This document shows positions 38,455 through 64,000 of a stretch of DNA of 64,000 bases, piece after piece. Both the position numbers and the translations under genes were made by a program. Position 1 is the stretch's first letter. Each line of letters begins with the position of its first letter. The DNA is from Macrostomum lignano. Taxonomy: Eukaryota. The notes under the pieces were generated by a model that ran no database searches, was not told the origin of the DNA, and saw only the letters and a program-made list of their open reading frames with translations. The stretch lies in the NCBI GenBank assembly GCA_002269645.1, contig NIVC01002579.1, positions 62,001 through 126,000 of the forward strand. Reading direction: 5' to 3'.

Positions 38455-41400
38455 GACTCCTGATCACTCGTGACCCAGACTCCTGATCACTCGTGACCCA
38501 GACTCCTGATCACTCGTGACCCAGACCCTTGATCACTCGTGACCCAGACCCTTGATCACTCGTGACCCAGACCCCTGATCACTCGTGACCCAGATTTCTG
38601 ATAACACGTGACCCAGACCCTTGATCACTCGTGACCCAGACCCCTGATCACTCGTGACCCAGACTCCTGACCCTTCGTGACCCAGACTCCTGATCACTCG
38701 TGACCCAGACCCCTGATCACTCGTGACCCAGACCCCTGATCACTCGTGACCCAGATTTCTGATAACACGTGACCCAGACCCCTGATCACTCGTGACCCAG
38801 ATTTCTGATAACACGTGACCCAGACCCCTGATCACTCGTGACCCAGACCCTTGATCACTCGTGACCCAGACCCCTGATCACTCGTGACCCAGATTTATGA
38901 TCACTCGTGACCCAGACTCCTGATCACTCGTGACCCAGACCCTTGATCACTCGTGACCCAGACCCTTGATCACTCGTGACCCAGACCCCTGATCACTCGT
39001 GACCCAGACTCCTGACCCTTCGTGACCCAGACTCCTGATCACTCGTGACCCAGACCCCTGATCACTCGTGACCCAGACCCCTGATCACTCGTGACCCAGA
39101 TTTCTGATAACACGTGACCCAGACCCCTGATCACTCGTGACCCAGACCCCTGATCACTCGTGACCCAGATTTCTGATAACACGTGACCCAGACCCTTGAT
39201 CACTCGTGACCCAGACCCCTGATCACTCGTGACCCAGACTCCTGACCCTTCGTGACCCAGACTCCTGATCACTCGTGACCCAGACCCCTGATCACTCGTG
39301 ACCCAGACCCCTGATCACTCGTGACCCAGATTTCTGATAACACGTGACCCAGACCCCTGATCACTCGTGACCCAGATTTCTGATAACACGTGACCCAGAC
39401 CCCTGATCACTCGTGACCCAGACCCTTGATCACTCGTGACCCAGACCCCTGATCACTCGTGACCCAGATTTATGATCACTCGTGACCCAGACTCCTGATC
39501 ACTCGTGACCCAGACCCTTGATCACTCGTGACCCAGACCCTTGATCACTCGTGACCCAGACCCCTGATCACTCGTGACCCAGACTCCTGACCCTTCGTGA
39601 CCCAGACTCCTGATCACTCGTGACCCAGACCCCTGATCACTCGTGACCCAGACCCCTGATCACTCGTGACCCAGATTTCTGATAACACGTGACCCAGACC
39701 CCTGATCACTCGTGACCCAGACCCTTGATCACTCGTGACCCAGACCCCTGATCACTCGTGACCCAGATTTATGATCACTCGTGACCCAGACTCCTGATCA
39801 CTCGTGACCCAGACCCTTGATCACTCGTGACCCAGACCCTTGATCACTCGTGACCCAGACCCCTGATCACTCGTGACCCAGATTTCTGATAACACGTGAC
39901 CCAGACCCTTGATCACTCGTGACCCAGACCCCTGATCACTCGTGACCCAGACTCCTGACCCTTCGTGACCCAGACTCCTGATCACTCGTGACCCAGACCC
40001 CTGATCACTCGTGACCCAGACCCCTGATCATTCGTGACCCAGATTTCTGATAACACGTGACCCAGACCCCTGATCACTCGTGACCCAGATTTCTGATAAC
40101 ACGTGACCCAGACCCCTGATCACTCGTGACCCAGACCCTTGATCACTCGTGACCCAGACCCCTGATCACTCGTGACCCAGATTTATGATCACTCGTGACC
40201 CAGACTCCTGATCACTCGTGACCCAGACCCTTGATCACTCGTGACCCAGATTTATGATCACTCGTGACCCAGACCCCTGATCACTCGTGACCCAGATTTA
40301 TGATCACTCGTGACCCAGACTCCTGATCACTCGTGACCCAGACCCTTGATCACTCGTGACCCAGACCCTTGATCACTCGTGACCCAGACCCCTGATCACT
40401 CGTGACCCAGATTTCTGATAACACGTGACCCAGACCCTTGATCACTCGTGACCCAGACCCTTGATCACTCGTGACCCAGATTTATGATCACTCGTGACCC
40501 AGACCCCTGATCACTCGTGACCCAGACCCCTGATCACTCGTGACCCAGATTTATGATCACTCGTGACCCAGACCCCTGATCACTCGTGACCCAGATTTAT
40601 GATCACTCGTGACTCAGACCCCTGATCACTCGTGACCCAGACCCTTGATCACTCGTGACCCAGACCCTTGATCACTCGTGACCCAGATTTATGATCACTC
40701 GTGACCCAGACCCTTGATCACTCGTGACCTAGACCCCTGATCACTCGTGACCCAGATTTATGATCACTCGTGACCCAGACCCTTGATCACTCGTGACCCA
40801 GATTTATGATCACTCGTGACCCAGACCCTTGATCACTCGTGACCCAGACCCTTGATCACTCGTGACCCAGATTTATGATCACTCGTGACCCAGATTTATG
40901 ATCACTCGTGACCCAGACCCTTGATCACTCGTGACCCAGATTTATGATCACTCGTGACCCAGATTTATGATCACTCGTGACCCAGACCTCTGATCACTCG
41001 TGACCCAGATTTATGATCACTCGTGACCCAGACCCTTGATCACTCGTGACCCAGACCCCTGATCACTCGTGACCCAGATTTATGAACACTCGTGACCCAG
41101 ACCCTTGATCACTCGTGACCTAGACCCCTGATCACTCGTGACCCAGACCCCTGATCACTCGTGACCCAGACCCCTGATCACTCGTGACCCAGACCCCTGA
41201 TCACTCGTGACCCAGACCCCTGATCACTCGTGACCCAGATTTATGATCACTCGTGACCCAGACCCTTGATCACTCGTGACCCAGACCCCTGATCACTCGT
41301 GACCCAGATTTATGATCACTCGTGACCCAGACCCTTGATCACTCGTGACCCAGACCCCTGATCACTCGTGACCCAGACCCTTGATCACTCGTGACCCAGA

Positions 41401-42170
41401 CCCCTGATCACTCGTGACCCAGATTTCTAATAACACGTGACCCAGACCCTTGATCACTCGTAACCCAGACCCTTGATCACTCGTGACCCAGACCCCTGAT
41501 CACTCGTGACCCAGACCCCTGATCACTCGTGACCCAGACCCCTGATCACTCGTGACCCAGACCCCTGATCACTCGTGACCCAGACCCCTGATCACTCGTG
41601 ACCCAGACCCCTGATCACTCGTGACCCAGATTTCTAATAACACGTGACCCAGACCCTTGATCACTCGTAACCCAGACCCTTGATCACTCGTGACCCAGAC
41701 CCCTGATCACTCGTGACCCAGACCCCTGATCACTCGTGACCCAGACCCCTGATCACTCGTGACCCAGACCCCTGATCACTCGTGACCCAGACCCCTGATC
41801 ACTCGTGACCCAGACCCCTGATCACTCGTGACCCAGACCCCTGATCACTCGTGACCCAGACCCCTGATCACTTGTGACCCAGATTTCTAATAACACGTGA
41901 CCCAGACCCTTGATCACTCGTGACCCAGACCCTTGATCACTCGTGACCCAGACCCCTGATCACTCGTGACCCAGACCCCTGATCACTCGTGACCCAGACC
42001 CCTGATCACTCGTGACCCAGACCCCAGATCACTCGTGACCCAGACCCCTGATCACTCGTGACCCAGACCCCTGATCACTCGTGACCCATATTTATGATCA
42101 CTCGTGACCCAGACCCCTGATCACTCGTGACCCATATTTATGATCACTCGTGACCCAGACCCCTGATCAT
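38455..42170. repeat. 23-bp minisatellite, ~160 copies (CAGACCCCTGATCACTCGTGACC variants), ending ~100 bp before the DEPDC5 ATG
   Basis: GATC at 41521 and 41544 gives period 23; recurrent variants CAGATTTCTGATAACACGTGACC and CAGATTTATGATCACTCGTGACC. Confidence 0.97.
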
Positions 42171-42273
42171 TCCTAGAAACCGAAGGACAAAATTGTCAAT
42201 AAAAAATTTTCAGCTTCACAAGTTTTTAATCGTTTAAAACTGCGATTTAATGTTTATTTGAATAGCCATAAAA

Positions 42274-57818
<15,545 letters not shown>

Positions 57819-57844
<26 letters not shown>

Positions 57845-58463
57845 GCTCAGTGTCTATGGCCCAGCCTGTTCTCCAGTGCAAGTGTTGGGGCCGGGACAGG
57901 TGCTGGGTGCAGGCCTGAGCTCAGTGTCTATGGCCCAGCCTGTTCTCCAGTGCAGGTGTTGGGGCTGGGACGGGTGTTGGGTGCAGGCCTGAGCTCAAGT
58001 GTCTATGGCCCAGCCTGTTCTCCAGTGCAAGTGTTGGGGCTGGGACAGGTGTTGGGTGCAGGCCTGAGCTCAGTGTCTATGGCCCAGCCTGTTCTCCAGT
58101 GCAGGTGTTGGGGCCAGGACAGGTGCTGAGTGCAGGCCTGAGCTCGTGTCTATGGCCCAGCCTGTTCTCCAGTGCAGGTGTTGATGCCGGGACAGGTGCT
58201 GGGTGCAGGCCTGAGCTCAGTGTCTATGGCCCAGCCTGTTCTCCAGTGCAAGTGTTGGGGCCAGGACAGGTGTTGGGTGCAGGCCTGAGCTCAGTGTCTA
58301 TGGCCCAGCCTGTTCTCCAGTGCAAGTGTTGGGGCCGGGACAGGTGCTGGGTGCAGGCCTGAGCTCAGTGTCTATGGCCCAGCCTGTTCTCCAGTGCAGG
58401 TGTTGGGGCTGGGACAGGTGTTGGGTGCAGGCCTGAGCTCAAGTGTCTATGGCCCAGCCTGTT
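57819..58463. repeat. 74-75-bp tandem repeat, ~8.7 copies, whose first copy overlaps the last codons and stop of DEPDC5
   Basis: GGGACAGG at 57819 and 57893 gives period 74. Confidence 0.93.
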
Positions 58464-58492
58464 GTTTAAGTTCGGGTGGTTTCTATGCCAAG

Positions 58493-58512
58493 AATAAAGA
58501 ATAAAGAATAAA
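58493..58512 (+). terminator. Triple AATAAA, candidate DEPDC5 polyadenylation signal
   Basis: AATAAA at 58493, 58500 and 58507, followed by T-rich sequence. Confidence 0.55.
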
Positions 58513-60072
58513 TTCTAGATTTTAGTATTTGGTATTAAGTTTTTATTCGAATTTAATATAAATAACATTAGATTTTATTGCGTGCCATGTGAACTGTTTT
58601 GCAATCCGTTGTTTTCAATTTTCCTATCGAGTCTGTCAGCTTCCAAAGTGTTGCTTATTGCAACTCGAAATTAAATCAATATGTCGTCATATGAGTATTT
58701 TCCTATTTGACCCCATCCTTGCCATAACTTTGCTTAGAAAGTTTCATGTACTGTTGCATGCAGATGCGCTTCCCACTTGTCTTTGCAGTCATTGTCGTGA
58801 TTGATTTCCTAGTTAAAATCACCTGATATTTTTAGTTATATTATAATATGTAAAATACAGTGTAATGCATAGAATACTCGTATACCTGTAAATTCCTTAA
58901 TTGACAATACGATAATTTTGTGATTTTGAAATCAATTTTAAAAAATTAAGCTTTGATTTGTTTTATTCAGTTTTTATTTATTCCAGGACTAAATCAGTTA
59001 ATCTATATGCATACAGATCTACAGATCTACATGTATAAACTATGGATCACCACTACATGCATGGCAGCAACTTAGTCAGATTGTTGCCCATTATCCCGTA
59101 TTTGTAAAATTCATGGCACTTACACGTGTATGATTAGAAAAAAAACTATGATAAACTGTGACTGATGCAAAAAAAGCTGAGAACCGTGAGAATGAGAACA
59201 GACAAACTGCTTCACTTTTTACGGAATTTTGGACTGTTGTTAACCAAGGACACTCAAGTTGTACCGGAAAATATACTGTTAACTATTTTAACAAAGAATG
59301 AAGTAAGAAATTAGTTTAGAATCTAAACGAAATAAAATTTTAATTGAAATCTACTATTTTTTGTTTTTTAATTATAAATATCAAAATAAATATGTAGCAT
59401 TTATAAATACATATCGTGCATTAGCAACAAAATATTTTTAATGTTTAAAATCTTGAATGCTTAATGCTAATTTCACAAATTGCTTTCATCTAAGCAAAGA
59501 CTTTCTTTCTGAGTCTGTTTTATGACTAGGAAAGAATATTGAAATACTTCTGCTGAAAAAAGGTAAATTATTTTAAACTCTCAGGCTTGATAGTATCAAT
59601 ATTCGTTGGCTGACTAGTGTTGAAGCCCTGATTTGTGGTAGTGTTGTCAGTGTGAACTTTAAATTGCTTTCAAAAATTTACATTCAGAGTGCATTGTACC
59701 CTAGAAGGAAGAAGTATTTACTGATGTGATTTTTATCATATAGCATCAAAATTATTAAGGGGATAGCTATTTTATTTTGTTGTTAAAATAATCCTTAATT
59801 TTGTTTGCAATATATACAATTATTATATGAATGTATTATAATTTACAATTCAAAGATTATTGGAAAAGTTAAATTACAATTATAAAACAAAGTTGGAATT
59901 GAAATTCTTTATTTTTGAATTTTAAGTATTTTTGTTTAAAAATAGACAAATACATTATGTATGCATGCTTGTAATAATTTTAGTTTAAGTAACATGGTTT
60001 GTAGGCATAAAATTTCTGTCATCAACAAAAAAATTTAATGTCATAATATCTACTAAATTATTGTACAGAAAA

Positions 60073-63000
60073 ATGCCGCTGGGACCCTTTGGTCAAGTTC
60101 TGGGCACCACCGGTACCCTAGACTTGCTGGACCCAGATGCGCGCAATTATGAGAGTCATGTTGTGGCGCCGCGCAACCCAAAGCTGCTTCGGGAAGATCC
60201 GCCACCATTTAAGGTGAGTTTGATTTATGAAAACCATGGCAATTTATTTGTTATTGTTTTTTTCATTTTCAGTTTTATTAACCTGTTTTGATTTTTTTCT
60301 AAATAAAAGCTGTATGCTTATAAGTCATTTTTGTGGGTTTATTTATTGTTTAAAAAGTATTTGCTTATATAATAATATCAAAACTCACCTACCCTTAGAT
60401 GACCCCGTCACAATACATGTTCCAAATGTCATTGACCACGGAAAAGAAGCTTGCCAATACGCACAACATGCAGCTGCCAAAGAAGCTGAACCTGTTGGAC
60501 ATGGGCGAGACAACGCATCAGAGGGTGAGCCAGCTTTCGATTTGATTTCATTAGGAACAAATATATACTTTTATAGGTTGTCATTAGCTGTGGTAATGAC
60601 TAATGAGCTCAAATTATGAAATTGTATTCGTGTATTTTATAGAAGTTTCTGATAAAAACTTTTGAATAATTTACTTTGCTTTTTAGAAACAAAACATTGA
60701 ATTATTATTCTATTTATAGAAGTTAAACAGATATTTTTAAACAAAAATAAATAATAGTCTTACATACGAGTAAAACATTTAGAATTTTTTACGCTAAATG
60801 TAAAACTCCTAATCACACTGTAGAGTAGATCAAGTCTTCACCAGATCAATAAATGTTTTGTACTTTAAATGTTTAAGTCAATTTTAGACTTAAAAAGTCA
60901 GTCTTTTAGTTTAGCTATAGTTAGAATTTTTAGTTGAAAACCAACTTTGTCTCACATGATGTAGCTTAGAAGCTCACAGGGGAGCACAAGGAGCAGAAGG
61001 CTCCAGAATGCTCTATTTGTATTAGCAGAACGTCACCTGTCAATCTGTCGTGTTTAATTCTCTTCCAGGAGCGAAACAAGCCGAAAATAATTTACTTCGA
61101 CGAGAATGTACGAATTAAATTTGAAAAAGAATAATTTTAGCCCCGCAAAAATTTGTGTTGCTTTTTCAGTTGTTTTCAAATTGCTTGCCGCTCTTGTTTC
61201 TGATTTTCTGCTGCTTTTATTTGATAGTTGATGGGGCGTCCACTTCCATGTGAGGGTGTCCACTTCCAGGTGAGGGTGTCCACTTCCAGGTGAGGGTGTC
61301 CATTTCCATGTGAGGGTGTCCACTTCCAGGTGAGGGTGTCCACTTCCAGGTGAGGGTGTCCACTTCCAGGTGAGGGTGTCCGCTTCCAGGTGAGGGTGCC
61401 CACTTCCAGGTGAGGGTGTCCACTTCCAGGTGAGGGTGTCCGCTTCCAGGTGAGGGTGTCCATTTTCAGGTGAGGGTGTCCGCTTCCAGGTGAGGGTGTC
61501 CGCTTCCAGGTGAGGGTGTCCACTTCCAGGTGAGGGTGTCCACTTTCAGATTGGGGTGTCCATGTCCACGTTCAGATGGGGTGTCTACTCCCCTTTAAGG
61601 GTTGTCCCCTTTTAGACTTAAATTGCAAAGCAGTTATATAAAATCTCTATTGCAAAACTATCGTCACATATTATTAATAATTTCTGCACACCGAAAGGTA
61701 AATCACCACAAGCCGCAGATATTTATTATATAAATTAATTTTGCACACAATTCACTATTTTTCAAAAGCAAAAATCCGCACGATTCTCTTTTGATTTTTT
61801 GTTTTATTAAATTGCCTGGAAGCATTGCTTTAATGCAATATTTCGTAGTCCGCTTGTCTGAAATTGTTCTAAATTGGTGGAAACTCTGTCCCGTATCCGT
61901 GTCTATGTAGCAGTGCGAAAATTGCAGTAAAAACTAATCAATGAAAGTTCAATGAATAATTTCTGCTTCAGTTCTCTCAAGTGGACATCGAGGAGCCGAT
62001 CTTCCAGCCCTACCCGTCTGAGCTGGTATTCGTCAACTATGAGCCCAATATTGCTCACGAGCTGCCTCTGCTGCTCAGAAATAATGACAAGGTTCGCGAC
62101 TTTTTATATCTAACTGATTTTTTAAACATAATTTGGGAATGCACCCAATGCAGAACTAACACTAATAGCAACACAAAGCAGCACCACTAACAACAGTAAC
62201 AACACAATCGGCTCCACTAACAAAAATAACAACAAACGGCTCCACTAACAACAATAACAACACAAAACAGCACCACTAACAACAATAACAACACAAAACG
62301 GCACTACTAACAACAATAACAACACAAAACAGCACTACTAACAACAATAACAACACAAAACAGCACCACTAACAACAATAACAACACAAAACAGCACCAC
62401 TAACAACAATAACAACACAAAACAGCACCACTAACAACAATAACAACACAAAACAGCACCACTAACAACAATAACAACACAAAACGGCACTACTAACAAC
62501 AATAACAACACAAAACAGCACCACTAACAACAATAACAACACAAAACGGCACCACTAACAACAATAACAACACAAAACAGCACCACTAACAACAATAACA
62601 ACACAAAACAGCACCACTAACAACAATAACAACACAAAACAGCACCACTAACAACAATAACAACACAAAACAGCACCACTAACAACAATAACAGCACAAA
62701 CAGCACCACTAACAACAATAACAGCACAAACAGCACCACTAACAACAATAACAACACAAAACAGCACCACTAACAACAATAACAACACAAAACGGCTCCA
62801 CTAACAACAATAACAACACAAAACAGCACCACTAACAGCAATAACAACACAAAACAGCACCACTAACAACAATAACAACACAAAACGGCTCCACTAACAA
62901 CAATAACAACACAAAACAGCACCACCAAAAGCAACAACACAAAGCAAACAATCCCCCAACACAAAGCAAACAATCCCCCAACACAAAGCAAACAATCCCC

Positions 63001-64000
63001 CCATCCGTTTTCCATTTCCCCCAGGTGCCCCGCCTGGTGAAAGTAGTCCAGGCCGACTCGCCCTACTTCAAAATCATCAGCCCCAACAACGTGGGCGAGA
63101 AGTGCGCCCCGGGCCTGGCCTTGACCTTCCTCATTCAGTTCATACCGGACGAGAAGAAGGACTACACTCACGAGCTCATGTGCATCACGGAGCGCGAGAA
63201 ATTCGTTGTGCCAGTGCGCTGCGTCGGCGCCAGGGCGATTCTCGACTTCCCGGACAGCGTGAACTTTGACACCTGTCCGGTGAAGTACAAGACTGAGCGG
63301 AGCCTGCTGGTGCGCAATGTGGGCAATCGGGAGGCCAAGTTCTTCCTCAGGACTAGCGGGTGAGTGGTTTGCTAGGGAAAACTAATGAGTTGCTAGGGAA
63401 GTCTAGTGCGTTGCTAGGGAAATCTAGTGCGTTGCTAGGGAAATCTAGTACGTTGCTAGGGCAATCTAGTGCGTTGCTAGGGAAATCTAGTACGTTGCTA
63501 GGGCAATCTAGTGCGTTGCTAGGGAAATCTAGTACGTTGCTAGGGCAATCTAGTGCGTTGCTAGGGAAATCTATTGTGTTGCTAGGGAAATCTAGTGCGT
63601 GGCTAGGGAAATCTAGTATGTTGCTAGGGCAATCTAGTGCGTTGCTAGGGAAATCTATTGTGTTGCTAGGGAAATCTAGTGCGTTGCTAGGGAAACCTAG
63701 TGCATTGCTAGGGTAATCTAGTGCGTTCCTGGGAAATCTTGTGCGTTGCTAAGGAAATCTAGTGGGTTGCTAGGGAAATCTAGTTCGTTGCTAGGGCCAT
63801 CTAGTGCGTTGCTAGGGGACTATAGTGCGTTGCTAGGGAAATCTAGTGAGTTGCTAGGGAAATTTAGTGTGTTGCTAAGAAAATCTAGTGAGTTGCTTTG
63901 GAAATCTAGTGGGTTGCTAGGGAAATATTATTCTGCCACATCGAATCTCCAGTCTGACATCTCAAACCCGCAGCCCATTCCACGTCACCCCGAGCACTGG
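60073..64000 (+). CDS. HYDIN: HYDIN axonemal central-pair protein, 5' partial; exons 60073-60213, 60399-60524, 61972-62091, 63025-63359, 63974-window end
   Basis: The spliced product reads ...MTPSQYMFQMSLTTEKKLAN...LLDMGETTHQR|FSQVDIEEPIFQPYPSE...PLLLRNNDK|VPRLVKVV...ITEREKFVVPV...GARAILDFPD...TCPVKY...LLVRNVGN...TSG|PFHVTP, matching the HYDIN N-terminus. All GT-AG and phase-compatible. Exon 2 is missing from the ORF track. Confidence 0.93.
61241..61560. repeat. HYDIN intron 2: 20-bp minisatellite, 16 copies (CACTTCCAGGTGAGGGTGTC)
   Basis: Direct reading; most units contain CAG|GTGAG. Confidence 0.95.
62170..62995. repeat. HYDIN intron 3: 31-bp A/C-rich minisatellite
   Basis: Unit AACAACAATAACAACACAAAACAGCACCACT; a short different repeat follows at ~62935-62995. 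Confidence 0.93.
63366..63925. repeat. HYDIN intron 4: 21-bp minisatellite, ~26 copies
   Basis: Unit CTAGTGCGTTGCTAGGGAAAT; starts right after the donor GTGAGT at 63360. Confidence 0.95.

Noticed and set aside
60227-60619. 130-aa track ORF over HYDIN exon 2
   Set aside because: Wrong frame; the HYDIN-homologous frame is 60399-60524.

Overview
Eukaryotic (animal) genomic DNA, not prokaryotic: spliced genes with GT-AG introns, GC/CAG-rich exons and abundant tandem repeats. The style (TGTC microsatellites, minisatellite-packed introns, polyQ-rich exons) suggests the flatworm Macrostomum, which is an inference. Recognisable genes: an apparently complete 11-exon DEPDC5 (GATOR1 subunit, 42274-57844, +), the first five coding exons of HYDIN (60073 to window end, +), a two-exon class A peptide-receptor-like GPCR (23155-25324, +), an intronless ankyrin-repeat gene nested antisense in DEPDC5 intron 10 (55510-56421, -), and three small orphan ORFs. 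An 11-kb near-perfect 41-bp satellite (7069-18052) creates the giant spurious ORFs in the track. An AT-rich block (~28.7-36.5 kb) holds non-autonomous DNA transposons whose nesting order can be read from their target-site duplications. The most striking pattern is that nearly every intron holds its own, different minisatellite, usually starting next to the splice donor. One array was seeded from the DEPDC5 stop-codon region, and another is made of tandem CAG|GTGAG splice-junction motifs. All exon boundaries and copy numbers were read by eye; no database search was run.
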